This document shows positions 37,701-52,700 of a stretch of 64,000 nucleotides of DNA, one piece after another (position 1 is the stretch's first letter; each line of letters begins with the position of its first letter). The position numbers and the translations under genes were made by a program. The stretch is from contig JAYWIR010000013.1 of the NCBI GenBank assembly GCA_036172245.1, forward strand, positions 310,001 through 374,000. The letters run 5' to 3'. The stretch is from Raillietiella orientalis. Taxonomy: Eukaryota. The notes beneath the pieces were generated by a model that worked only from the letters and a program-made list of their open reading frames with translations, made no database searches and was not told where the DNA came from.

Positions 37701-40700
37701 ATCTTTCCATTCTGTTATTCCATAGTAACGCCTTAGATCCAACTTGTTATGGAAACACAAAGGGTAATTGATCAGCAAATGTGGCTTTTTACCTGGCACA
37801 GCTCATATCCAGCCATGAATGCTGCTAATTTGGTTGCACACTGCCTTCCACTACCCCCAAGACCAATCAACAAAGCATGCCCATTATCCATTTTAAGAAT
37901 TCGACAAATTCTTGACATATGCTGCAGAAGAAATTTGAAAATTACTAATTTCATCGGTGTTTGAGACACAATATCGTATTCACTTGCATATTTCTCAACA
38001 ACCTCATGAAATTTTTTCATATCTGTCACCTGAAAATGAAATCACCTTCACAATCTTTAGCAACCATTAGAGAGGGAGAGGGGGGGGGGGAAAGAAGGCA
38101 AAATGAAAGGAAAAAATACTTCATCATAAATTCTTGGAAAGGCATCCGGATACATGTAATCACCGAAAATCAAATTTCCCAGATCTTCATCTTTAGCAGT
38201 TTTCCCAGAGGAAAGCAGATGACTTACAATACTCTCCAATGGCTGTTTGAAATAAGTAGTACACTGTTGTTTTATGCACTCAAAAATCTTTTGTCTAGAA
38301 TATTCACATAAAGATGTTGCTGACTAGATTCAATATATACCTATCAGACTCATCAGTAAGTTTGTCATAAAACACACGATAAACTTCATGAATCCAGAAA
38401 CGAAATAATTTATTGGCATCAGTCAAGTGCGCAGCTGGCACGAGCATCAAGCCATTCATGACACGAGATAAATCTCGTAAGGAAAAAACATAATGGGATT
38501 TCGCTGGCACAGGAAGGAACTGACCAACCATGGTTTTGTACACAGCAAGAGTCGCATTTATCAGCACCTAGGTTGAACAGTGTGCATCCTGAAGCCAAAA
38601 CTGAAGCTTACTCCTCTCCATTTACTAATGGAAGCTTCAAATCCTTTGTTAAAATGCCATTCACTTATTGTTGAAAGTATTTTCACCAAAGTAGCATCTT
38701 GAAAGGCATCGATCCCAATAATATTCAAATGGCGCAAGAATCTAGGCGATACCTCGTTGGTTTCACCTCCAAAGGGACACATGGCAGAAACAAAAAGCTG
38801 CAATTCAATTTCACTATGTTACAATTTTGCTGCTGTTAATGAAATATAGCGCTGTACAAAAATTCCAAAGACTAAACTGCTTTCCGCGAATACGAAACCG
38901 AAATTAAATTATTACACAATTTTAACTATTAAGACATTTGTACTGTAAACCTTGAAAGTCCTTTAAAAACTTTAGTTTCCAACCATTCTTTCCTTTCAAA
39001 TGGAAAGTTATCCGTTTTAACCCTTTACGCATATGTTCACAATTGCTTATACATGGCTCTACAGTCACATGAACAGCACATGCTTTTATTCTTTAAAAAT
39101 TTCAATTTTTTTTTTGTCATTTAAGATTTATGATATGGCCTATAAACAATATCATTAAGAGAATCATAAATTACTGAAACCTTATTACACAAATGTGTCG
39201 TCCTTTAGAACCTCTACAAAATCTGAACATTTTACCGTGTCTACGATGTCCACCCTTGAACTATCTTTGTTATCATACCAATAACCGTGTTCTATCCACT
39301 GTCGCAATAGCTCAATAGGGGGTTTGGCCCCAAATTTTTCTTTTTGGGGCATATTCAAGTCATCAATGAAAAGAAAATGTTTCTTTCCCAAAGGAGGGCC
39401 ATAGACTCCTTTACGTCGTCTAGTGAAACATGAAAGAATAACAATAAATGCACAGAAAAAAGAATAACTCAGATGATAACGTAGCATAAAGTAAAAATAC
39501 AAAATACATTTTGTACACAATACTGGATCTCATACCTATCAAGCTTGATCATCACCATTTCTTGTGTTTGATTCGCAGAAGTCCTTGCTGAGAAATTTAT
39601 AATATTTTGTGAGAATTTTTCTGTTTCCAATTTATCAATGTGACTCTTAATAGCCATACTTTTTCCGGTTCCTGTGGGACCCACAAATAATAAAGGGATC
39701 CTGTTCTTTAGAAATGTTTGTAGAAAAAATGTTTGTTTTGCTGTTTCCTCTGTCTCAACCACTAAGGCATTTGACTACAACCATTCGAAATAGTATTAAA
39801 TAACGTAATTTTAAAATACCTTGGCTGTAGTTTGCAATCGTGGACTCTTTCCCAAAGTGTCTATCCACAAAGTCCACTGTCCTGACCCTTTTCTTTCAAA
39901 CAGAAAATCAAAACACGTGGCATGCTCAGGAAACAAATTGTTTTTATGTAATTTAAAGGTCTTTGGTTTGGGATGATCTTTTAAGCGGCCTAAAGTCATA
40001 TCCCTTAAAAATGTGTCAAATTTTTTTTTGCTGGACTCTAAAATAATAAAAACGGTACAAAGACACCAAAAAAGTATTTAACATGATTTAGTAAATCTCA
40101 GCACAATACAAAACCAACATTCAACAAAATATCCTTCTTCAGTCACCCTTTTTGATTATACAAAAAACTCCAAATAAAGACAGGTTGTAATAAGTAAAAA
40201 TCAATAGCCAATTCTTCAAAACAGCTGTAAAGTGCATAGCAATGTTACGTACTTTTCGAGTTGTTACTGCCAAAGAATTCACTATGAAATTAATTTACAT
40301 TTTCTGCATACAGGTAATAGAATTATTCATCATATGTGGCTTACATTATCATCATCATCAAACTACTATCACAAAATTCAACAGAAGAATTCCAAAATAG
40401 CTACCCATCAGTGTTCCTCCAAAGCTCCATACTAACGAAAATAAAAATATACACTGCAACCATATAGTAACAGTTTGAACACCTATGCTTTCTCTCCCAT
40501 TTACTCCAGAGAAACGAATTTCTTCTGTCATGCAATCCATAATCCGAGTTAGAGACTAAAATAATGAATAAATAAATGAATTACACTTGATCATGCAAGT
40601 GTCATATAAACTATGTAAAATGAAAAAACACAAGCATACATGAAAAAGATGGATATCCGAAATCATAATGAATGTTTCACAAGAGTTTTTTAAAAACTGA

Positions 40701-43700
40701 TAAACAGGATCAAGAAGCCATTCACATAAATCTGAAATTGCCACTTTCTGGTCAGCTGAAACCTAAAAAGATTTAGGAATGCCTTAGTGTGGTATATGTT
40801 CACTTCTAAAGAAACTAAAAAGCATTTCTCAAATAAAAAATCTTTTCATAAAAATAGTACTTGTTCTGGGAGAGTCTCAAGATATGATGCTAGCAGGGGT
40901 CTCCAGCCCAACTGTTTAGGTTCCATATAGACCATCCCACAACGTGAAACTGTGGCAGGTGAAGCTTCTTCTAGATCAGAAGGCTCAAAAATAAGATTCA
41001 TTCTTGAACTCATCTAAGAAAATAAAATTTAGAATAGGTTTTCCTTAAGAATCAATTTAATGATCAAATTTCCCAAGAGCAAGAATGAGAAAATGACAAA
41101 ATAAATAACCATGGTAAAAAAATTCAATGAAGCATTGGGGCAGTGTGCTCATTTTTTCTAATACATATTCTCAGCACCAATTATCCTAATTTGTAAGTTC
41201 ATTAATGCGCATGCACTAATGAAAAGTTATGAAGATTGAAATCGGTAAACCTTCCGTGGCTGTATAATAAAATAAAATTGGCACAATTTACACCACGAAA
41301 GATTAATCAGGTATCAAATCAACTGCAAAGGTATTCAGTCATGAATAACTCGATTTCCTGAAATTATCTTCAAATTACGAATGCATCAATACAGGTAAAC
41401 ATCTTAATCCTTAAAACCATTTCCAACTAGTTCATTAGAAACCAACTTGGCATACACATTAAAACTTACTTTTAGCTGAAATGCTACGTAATTTAAACAC
41501 TGAAATGTGAAAAACAGAAAAAGGTAATAGAAAACATGGATCTTATGCTAAATACCACAAATCCATAATTTCATTCCATAAATCGAAATCTGTTACGGTC
41601 ACAAGAAAGCATAATACATGACTACAGATCAGTATTTTTCGAATATCATTTATGATTTCTTTTTCTTCAAGATTTGACATCATAATTTTGATACGAAAAA
41701 TAGACTCAAATTTACTTAAAAATCATCATTACAATCACATCCATATTTTAAGCCTGCCTTAGACAGCCAGTAAACACAGGTGATAACTATTATTACTTAA
41801 TTGCAATATATACACGAGTTAAGAAGGACGTGATAATTGGAATTTTATTTCTTTATTTTCCATTTTACTTGTTATTTATGATCGTTCTGAAATATAATTA
41901 CAGATGACAAACTCCTGTGCAAACCTGTTGAAATATTTTGTTTCTTGGTATGTTTCACAAATTTAATGCAAGTTTGTTGGGTATGAAACTTCCCTTTTTA
42001 ATCAATAAGCTTGCATCAGAAACCATTAATGTCATTGTAATCAACAGAATTATTTACCTAATTTTTCTGAAGTATTCCTTCTCCAAGTGAATTTTAATAG
42101 GACTCAGGCAATGTTTAAAGTCAGAGAAATTCTAATAATGCCAAATGAAAAACATGTCATGAAAAACAATAAACAAATGAAAACAAATGAAGATCCGATT
42201 CTGGAGCAAATTAATTAAACGAAAAATTGCTTTAACAAATGGGTTACTATACTAATGAAATTCCAAAAAGAAAAAAATGAATTAATATCCACAAAAAATA
42301 ACACTTAAAAGGATGAAAAAGCACTCCTTAAAATACAGTAATAAATAAATGTCTCAACAAGACTGTCATAAAATTGTTTTTCTAAAAAGTCCTTCATTTC
42401 AAAAAGGTTGGAAAATGGAAAAAAAGACCTTTTCGTTCGTAAGGGACAAATGAAAATATGACTGCTGTCTCCATTCTCAAATAAAGTAGATGTCTGAATT
42501 TGGGGAAAACAAACAAAAATCTGCTCCAGGAAACGTTTAATTCATTGAACTCTTGAGTTTTAAAAGAAATGAGTTGTCGATGAAATCAAATTCATTAGCA
42601 GCATAAAACGGGCCTAAGTAGCAAATGAAAAGTCGATCCTTTCTTGAATTTAATTAGTACACACTCTTTGGAGTAAGAGTATCTTTAAGTACATGATTTG
42701 CGAAAAATCATTTTCACCCCATGAAGACTTAAAAACAAAGTGCACTCTACACCATATCAAGAGCATACGATGAAAGCTTGAAAATTTTCGACAATGCAAA
42801 TTAAAATTATGTGATCTACTTAATTAAAGAATCACTGAGGAATCAGCAAAATCGGTAATTTTTGCAGGCAAATGCAAAAAAAAAATTGTGCTGAATAAGT
42901 AGAATCACAAAAATGACACTTGAATTAACATTAGAAATAAGAAAATACCTGAATGATCTCTCCTGACATTAAACAGAGTTTTTTATTATCGTCCAAAACA
43001 GTATTCATATTTTCAATCCATATAGCGTCAACAGGACCATCAAACAGAATCCAAAATCGATGATCAGAAGGATCCTGAGCCATTTCTCGAAAAGTAATAG
43101 CGAGAACTCCTTAAAACCCTTATTAGTAGAACTTAATACATCTTGTTTTCTTTTTTTACCATCAGACCATTCATGTGACACCAAATCAAACTGACCATAT
43201 AACTGTCCCAATGTAATAGCTTTGGGATTAATTATTTTATAATGTACAGGATATTCAACAAAATTTACATCATGTTTCTCTGAAACATCAGTAAGAGATT
43301 TTGCTAAAATCTAATGCGGATGAAAATCAATTAATTTTAATATTATTGTACCCTAACCTGATATGAAGTAGTTTTCCCACCCATTGATTCACCAACAATC
43401 ATCAAACCATGTCTCACCAACATCATCTCATAAACCTGAATAATTTTGGATGTGACCCATGGAGAGGCAGTTAAATTATGCTTCTTCAATTGTGCAGCTA
43501 TAGAATCTAATAAACTACCATACTGTGGTTCAACATGGGTTACACCAGGAAACAAGTCAGATACAATTCCTTCAAAAAGAGGAATGTCCTATAAAATGTT
43601 AAAACAGAAATGCATGAATTAACATAAGAAATGCATGAAATCAAATTAAATGCAGTGCACTATGATTTATTTACGCCTTTTCTTATCCTTCCCTCCAAAG

Positions 43701-46700
43701 CATTATTCAGACTAACAAGTGCTAAGTATGGCAACTGACAAAAAATACGTATCTGACAAAAACAAATCCTGAAGGGTTCCACAATTTCTAGAGAAACAGT
43801 TCCTATTAAAAGGTCTCCGCTTTTTCCCCTATACAACGAATGGATACGCAAAAATAAAGCTAGATACCATTTATCGAAAAAAAGAACATAACACAAGTGG
43901 AACCAGATTCCTCCTTTCAATGAACACCTTAACACTGCTTTTCATCTTAGGCGTATTCAATTAACTGTAAAAAGGGCGATGTGACGTGCAAAAGATGTTT
44001 CCACATAATGTGATCGCATGCTCTAATATGTTTTTCCAGATAACGGTTTAATTTTATTCAATTCCTATGAATCCCAATACAACTATCAACGTGCATTGAT
44101 TCCTAATTTATTAGGTAGTATGTGAAGGGTTGTTATTGCCTCTCTTTACCTCATGGATTCATGGATTCATCAATATAAACCAAATGTCAAAATTAACTGC
44201 TTTTTATACTATGGTAAGCATATACTGAGGTCTTTGGCAAAACTGGAACCCTGAACACTACGGCATAAATTTCTGAAAAGTGCGTACCTGGGGCAACTTG
44301 AGGATGTGGATGACCAATCAATATTCCATGTAAATACAGATAAGTAGAAACAATATCATCGAATTTAAAAGACAGAAATTACTGAAATACCATTTGTATT
44401 TGTTTATGTTTACAAAAGGAAGCAGTTCACACTACCAAGTGAGTGCATTGAATGCACAAACATCATCACTCAGATAGAAAGGTTACTAACCTGTCCTAGA
44501 AACTTTGGAACATTCACGTTAGAAATGGCCTTCAATACTAATTCCATTTCATCGTGCTCCCGCAACTTTAACTTAAGGTTTGCTGCTGTTGTTAAAACTG
44601 CTTTCACAGCTCTCATACCAAAATCATAATGATGCTGTGAAGATAACTGCTCCGAACACAGTTTATAAACATCAACAATTTTTCCAGAAAGCCTAGGGAA
44701 AAAATTTGTTTAGCCATGTATTAAAATGCCATTAGACTGATTTTTGTTTTCAATAGACAATTGCTGCCACATTTGTGTATGGAAAGAGTTTTAGAAACGG
44801 AAATTACATAGATTTTATTGTAGAGAAATAGATTATTGAGATCAAATTACTCTTCATATTTAGTGTAATTTTCAAGTGCAAATGATGCCATGATCAATCT
44901 CAATTTAAAGTTCCATCTGTTACAGTTTATAAAAAGAACAAATCACATAGTTGACATGTTTCAAGTGATATCAGTACATACAACTTGAGTGGCACTTAGT
45001 GACAATTTTTCAGCTATGAATGCTTGGGAGGAATGCTGAATTAGCATCTGGCTTAAAGGCATAGAACAGTGAATCTCAACTTGTGCACTTTACATTTCAC
45101 TTAATTCAGTTATAAAAAACGTTGCTAACGTATAAAACGAAAGTTATTTCATGAAATAATAAGGAACAAATTAAAGGAGCTCATAAACAATCCTGACATC
45201 TACTTTAAGTCTGGAATCATGGATGCTATCAATTATGCAAAACTAAATCATTTCACGGAAAAATCTTAAGGACGTACTCATGAAACGTATAAGCATAAAC
45301 TTTGTTTTCGTACTGGATCACTAATCACACAAATCTTTCGAAACGCTTTTGAAACTATTCTGCACCAAAAAAATCTTCAATTGCAAGTGCTTTTTCTAAA
45401 ATTCTTCAATATTTTAGAATTTGATTCTTTATAGTCTGCATGAACTTGAAGATATTAAAACAATTAATAAATATTTTAGTATATTGTCTAGTGTAACAGG
45501 AAGAATACGGTTTTTGAATGTAAGAATTATATAAATTTATCAAATGTTGCAAACACAGTAATTATACAAAAATATTTTACTAGAATAATAGAAGCAGGAG
45601 GCACGAAATATCGAAGAATAACTATGCATCATATATGTTAGACACATAAATATCTTGAAATGCATTACAAATGTTCACATTGCTAAAATGTCGAACATGG
45701 AAATGACAATGTGGCAGTTGTTACATGATCATAAAAGTGCCAACAGTTAAATATGATTTTTAAAATGAAAGTGAATCCCGTTTTGCTCCTGATAGCATTT
45801 GGGTTATGTAACACGAAGCAAATCTTTTCTTTTTTTTTTTACATTTTCTCTTTAAGTCCAGCATCATCATATTTAAAGTATGCAGGGAATACAAAAAAAA
45901 ATCCTATTATAGAAAATACTTTCATCAAAACACGTAAATTTCAAGTCACATAATAGCTAAGACTTTATCGAGCAATGTTTGAATTAAAAAAAAAAAAAAA
46001 AAACATTCATTTACAGTAAGAGTAAACAGAAGAATGTTATTGATTTTCAGAATAAAATAAAGCCGATACATACGCTCTGGCTTGCACAAAACCAACAGAA
46101 TATAATGAGATTTCAGCAATCATTGCATAATCTGGAATCATCATTGCTACAACGCGAAACAGGACTTTCAGATTATCAGGCAGTTCTTGCCTTCCAGCAT
46201 ATCTAAAACATAACTAATATAATCAATGCAAATCATTTATCCTATACCCAGGATTCATAGTTATGAATATAGCACAAGTAGGATCAAGAGAGATTTCTGT
46301 TCCTTCAAATGTAAAAATGCTCAGTTTCTGGATTATGGCTTGCTGAATGGTAAGTATTTGCTGAGCAATTACACTTAAAACTTCCAATTCGATTCTATTG
46401 AATTCATCAAAGCATGACCATGCTCCAGCTTGTGCAATACCCTAAATTAAATAACATTCACTTAAGTGCCCTTATATCACTGATCAAAATAATTTTGCAT
46501 GTAATGACAAGCAATAATTAATAAGTATATATTTATGCAAGTGTTGGATAAAAGTTTTAAAAATAGAATTAAAATGCACGGTAATCTATAAAAAAGACAT
46601 TCACTAATAGAAATATGTCACAACAATTCATAATGTCGGTGAAATAAATAGTTCATGGAGTAATATGAAAAATAGGCAACAAACATTTTAAAACAGGAGA

Positions 46701-49700
46701 CAGACTAAAAAGCTTTCAAGAAGTTAATGTTGCTTTGTTTCACCAATCTCCACTTTTAATGCAATTGTAAGCAACTGTTCATGAAGGTATGATTTTGCTT
46801 TCACTCATTCCTTTTCTTTACTTATTTCAACAAGTTTTGAACCAGTCATCGTTTTGTGTGATCTCCATCCATTTGCTGTTGCCTTTTGCTTATGTTTTAA
46901 ATGAATGCTACTTGTCAAATAATTTGTACTTTGATTATCATACAGATTGCACAAATGTCCAAATATATCATTTAAAAAATACAATCATTGAAAGAATTGC
47001 TGTACTATCTTTTGTTACTCTCGTTCCATTATTCAGTTATTTTGGAGTTCTACATGGAAAGTATGGAAGGCAACCTTCGGAAACAAATATTCCATCTGCT
47101 GTTGTATGAACTATCCTTACATCTAAATAAGAAAATAAAACTGCAAAATACTAAATAAAAAAAAGTGGACAAGAGTAAATAAGAAAACAAAGGGCAAAGG
47201 AGTTCTGGAACAGATGGTGTAATTTTATGGTCTACATATCATTCTAAACTCCTTGTAGCATATTCCAATTTCTTTATATTGACGCCATGATTCGAACCTT
47301 GAATAATCTTCCTTAAGAAATCAACTTACCCCTAAATAGAACAACGATATCTAAAACAAAACATGGTAAGGTACTTGTGGAGGATTATTCACTGACCACA
47401 TCTTCAAAGCACATCTATGCGTTACTTGTAGGTATGCGAATATTTTTGTGATGATAACTGTACAGTCTAAGCTCACAGCTTTTACTCTTTTACTCTTTGG
47501 GAGTACTTATAATTATACCTATTCCGAAAAGGTCGGTTTTTGTTAATAACATTGAAATTTGTGTCTAAATGACAATATAAAAAATACATAAAATTCCTGA
47601 AGTTCAATCCGTTAATTTGCAAACAGTGTTTAAAAACATGTATTTAACGTCAAAAGGATGTTCTGAATTTTTATAAAATATTACGCATTTATATATATGA
47701 TGCTACAAAGAAAAGGATATACTGCCATATAAAAAGAAACTGTCATAGAAAACCTAGACATTATTACAACTGTTAATCTAATTTAACAAATAATGAAATT
47801 AAAGCAAAACCATACACTCTCTTAAATGGAACTTCCTTGAAATATGACTGGCTTAATGGTTCGTTTGAAACAAGAAATCAGTAACATGGCAGAAATACTG
47901 CAATGACATCGTATACGGAATGTAAATTGAAAATCAGGAGATCATAATTAAATTTCATTGTAATTGATTATTTTTATTTATGATTATCTTTTCTTGAAAA
48001 GGATTATTCAGAATTTCCCTAACGAAATTTTTTGCCTAGAAATGACGTACATTGATAAACGTAAATTTCTGATTAAACAATCGTCCATTCATATATTTTA
48101 CATCTCATCTTTAATTTCCTAGTCTTTAATTCATTATTTTAAAAAATAGCCCACTACATTCATTTTTTATAGTCTGAATAAAATAACCGATCTGTTTTTT
48201 TGTATACTCCAGGTAATTGATATAGGAAAGTTGACGACAAATACATTCCCAAATTACACTGCTCAAAGTAGTTGAAATGGACTGCCTCCACTTGAATTGT
48301 CTTGCAAATTTTAATACCAGAAATCTCATAGGGCACGAAAAATACTTGCCAGTCACGATTTTTGCATGAATGCATAACACCTTAAAGTACATTTCAGTAT
48401 TGTAATTATTTTATGCTGATTATTTGGAAATACGAACAATCACATACTCAATACAACATGGCATGTTGCTATAAAAACTGCCATCTTTATAACCAGACAT
48501 GATGGAAAGTATGGATATACCTTGAAGAATTTTCCCATTGATTTATAATCCAAACCCTCGGAGCAATTGAAAACAATGCACTGTTTTGCAACTGCTTTCG
48601 CAAGATCCTTTGTAGTTTCAGTTTTACCGGTACCTGCCGGTCCTTCAGGTGCACCTCCGAGGTGCAACTTCAGTGCCCCCATTAATGTTCTGCAAACCAT
48701 GTATAGATCAAACACATGTACTTAGATTAGTAACACTTACTTGTAACAACGGTCAGTGAGTGGAGTTACCACCAGACGAGAAGTATTGCCTAAATATTCA
48801 TATCCATACCCAACAGCTGTAGTTATCATTTCTACTCTAATATTTTGAAGATGAGCTTCCCAGTAATAACGTAACTGACTGATCCACTTGAAATCAGATA
48901 TATTTTGAACATTACTATTCATTAAATTGTTCACAATATCTCTTGCTGAAACCCAAATTCAAACATCGATTCTAAACATTGAATGGGCACTACCATGTAT
49001 ATAAAGGGTCAATAATGAGGTCATTGTCATTCGATGGCCAGGTTCCAATTCTCCTCTTACAAGCTCAACTATCCCATCCAGATTTTTTGAACACTGTCTA
49101 TCATAGCTCTGAGTTTAAAAGTATTTACAGAACATGAACATACTTTCAACACAAACAAAATTATCAATTTTTTTAAGACACATTAGTGCCAAAAATTATT
49201 AGTTTTTTACATTGTTTGAAAGAACATAAACTACTCTACTAAGATGTTCACGAGTTTTTAGAATAATATTACTTTTAAAGAATCGTGCTTAATGGCTTTT
49301 TCCACTTCTTGGGTCCAAAATATTGCATCCACACATAAAATAATTTGACCAGGCCATTGAAGAATCCATTGCTTTCTTTCTGACAATACATAGGACTCAA
49401 TGGCTTTATTCATGACATGTTTTAGTGCCAAAATCATTTGAATTTCAACTTCGATTAACCATTTTTCAACCATTCCCTGTATAAAGAGCAAAGGAAAATT
49501 AGTCTTTTATGGTGCAAAGAAATATAAAACAGATTTGCACGTGAATTTGTGTTTGCTTTTTGCTTTATTTGCAGTTCTTTTATGCTTGTAGAAATGCTCA
49601 TTATTAGCTCACATTATAGAAAATGCAAGTTACCCAAGCTACAACAAGCTTGCTGGAGTTTAAAACAGTAGTTTTGGTAAAAGTGTTGCTCTCTCTTGCT

Positions 49701-52700
49701 TCAAGCCATGTTTTTCGTTTTTGCATTTTTTATAATGGAAAGAATAAACTTTTTATTATAAACAATAGTAATTAACCGCGCAATTTCACTCTGATTAAAA
49801 AACTCCTTCATTTTTTTCACATTCACTTTTCTCAATACTTCAGTGCTTGTGCACCGAGTTTACCGAGGTTAATGAAGGATTCGACATTAAAGAAACTCTT
49901 TATATGGGAATGTGAAAACTCTAAGATCAAAACTTTAACCGATTTTGAATCGTTTTCTCATTATGAAGCAATGTGCATTATAAAAAAAAACGAGCATATT
50001 AACATAGATCAATAGATTTTCTTATTGTTTTGTTTATCAAATAACGAAAATCTGTTTCCATAGCATGTAACAATCGCAGTCAATTTATAAGGCACATTGC
50101 ACTGTGAATCGGAACTTGGTGCAAATATTCATTCATTCCTGAAAATACAAAAAAACGAAAAACTGCATGCATCGAAAGGATTAAAATGAATATTTTACCC
50201 AAACATATTATCAAGAAATAGATAGAAACCATTGTTAAATTGTTAAATTCCAAATTAGTTGCAAATACAACATAAGACCCAAATTGCACATTAAGAATAC
50301 AATATACTAAATTGCAATGAAATTTTCTTAATCTCTAGAAGAACTTTAGTCTCTAGAACAAAAAAAAATACAAAGCAAGTACAACTAGCCTTTGCCAATC
50401 CAGGAATAACGACGTTCACAAAAGGCACGTATTCTTTTTCCAGAGATTTCATCCCTAGTATGTGCTGATCGCTATTAAACTCAAGGGCATGTATTCCTTC
50501 AAAACACTTTTTCATGTGTGGCTGTACCCTTAATGCATCCTTTGTTTCTGATAGAATTTCTAATAATTCATCATTGGACAAAAAAAAGAATCTGTAAATC
50601 ACATAAAAATAAATTCAAATTGAATGCATGTACGCAAAATTAAAACATGTTTGTAGCACAGTTTACAGATTAGTAGTTTTAGTTCCAATGCTTAAAAGTT
50701 TTCTAATGCACATATGTACTGTAATTTATATTTATGCTGGATGTAATAATGCAAGTGGAAAAAAAAAAGGATTAATATGTTTATTAGGATTAAATTTTTT
50801 ATATGGAATCAGCATGTATCTAGACAATCTGTACAAACCTTGGAAAGAAAAGTCTTTTCTTCTCTAAATATTCACTGAGACCATGCTGGATTTCTTCTAA
50901 GAAAATATTGCAGTCATTGAGTTTTTCTAGCATCTGCTCTTGCGATGTGGCTTCCAAAACTTTCGGATTGATAAATGTCTGTAAACGAAAACCTGTTTAG
51001 TAGTAATAGTGTTGTTCCCAATTAAAAAATTTCATCATTATGCATCATAAGCATTAAATAAGCTTAATTTTATACAAGATCGTTTTCCCCTTAAGCTTCA
51101 ATATCAGCAACCGCAAACATGATGCTTTAGCTGCTTAATCCAACAAAGAATTCTGACTATGAATCATTTAAACAAATAAAAAATAGATGAACATTTAAGA
51201 CATCTTGTCTGAAATACTTGACCTCATCAAAATTCTTTAAATTCGGAAACCATGGACTCTTTTTATTATAACCACTTTGCTCTGTTTTCTCGTTTCTTAT
51301 ATGAATCAGTATCCACTTTAAATTTAATGGATTTGGGATTTTTAAGCAAAAAATTTTGAGCATGTTATGTATTCCAAATTTCTTTATGTCTGTATTTCAA
51401 TTCGGAAAGTCTACAAAACTGAAATCATCTTCATTTTCACCCAAGGTTTATGAAATCCTCTGTTCCTTGAAAGTCTTTGCACATCTTATTCTGTCCATTG
51501 AAGGGCATACATTCAATAGATTTACATATTCGATCGATTTTAATACGGCATCATAAGGGGGAAAAGAAAAAAAAAAAACAGTATCCGGTTCATTCAAGTA
51601 GCACAAAAAAAAATTAAAAACAAATTTCAAAGAAAAATTAGAATCCATCCAGTTCTCATGCGTGAATAGTCTAAGAAACAACATAATGAAATTGATAAGA
51701 AAACATGAAATGAAATCCTCCATATTCACAACTATTCCATCAAACATGGGGACAAAGTACAACTCCAAACTGAAGAATTCAGGTAATGAGCATTGCATAA
51801 ATGGTTCATTTATAGAATGGACGGTTTCTTTTAAGAATCAACCATTAAAAGCAAGACAACTGCGTACTGCCCCATTAATGGGAACAATAAAAAAAATATT
51901 ACAGAAAGAAATAAAGAAAAAATGGAAAAAAAAAAGAGAAAAACACTCAAAAACACAACAGAAAGCAAAAGTTCCATTTCACTAGAAAAAGGGCAGAAAA
52001 AGCACCAAAAATGGTGCTTAGAGATAAGAGTCTACACCTGCACTTTTGATATAAACATCGTAATTTTTGTGGATTTTTTGACATTCGGAATTGATAATAC
52101 TACAGAACTTTGATCTTTGATAATGAAAGTATTCATAAAGAAAATACTGTTAAACAGCTAACATATGCATGATACAATGTCCAAAAAATAATTGTCAAAT
52201 ATTCGTTTTTTTGCGAGTTAGAGAATAAACTTATATTATCATTGTCATATTGTTTTCAGATGCAAGAATAACTAACTAAAATGTGTATCTATCAAAAATT
52301 GCCTACCACTTTCATTATACTTCGGAACATGCTATCAACTCTTACAAATTTGCGTCCCTCTAAAGGCATCTGCTTCAAAATATCCTCTGAGCTGAAAATT
52401 GGCTCCAGATAAAGCCAAGTGGATTGACACTGAAACAGAATTATGCACAAGAGACTGTTAGCAACCACATCTTCAAGCACTCATTAAATCAGAATCATGA
52501 TTTGCATTTAATTTAAATCATGATCATGAATACCAACTGATAAGCTTTGCTGTGACTTGTAGATTCACCTGTGTCATTTAATTCTGAAGGATCTTTTTAT
52601 CTGTTGTTTAATACATACAAAGAATAATCAAAATGCAAACTTTAACAAAAGGGATGCAAAACTCAACTGCATCATTTATCTAAAGACCGATAGAATAATA

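Noticed and set aside
47280..47310. GGTTCGAATC B-box/T-loop-like motif on the minus strand
   Set aside because: No A-box or cloverleaf surrounds it, so it is not a supportable tRNA.
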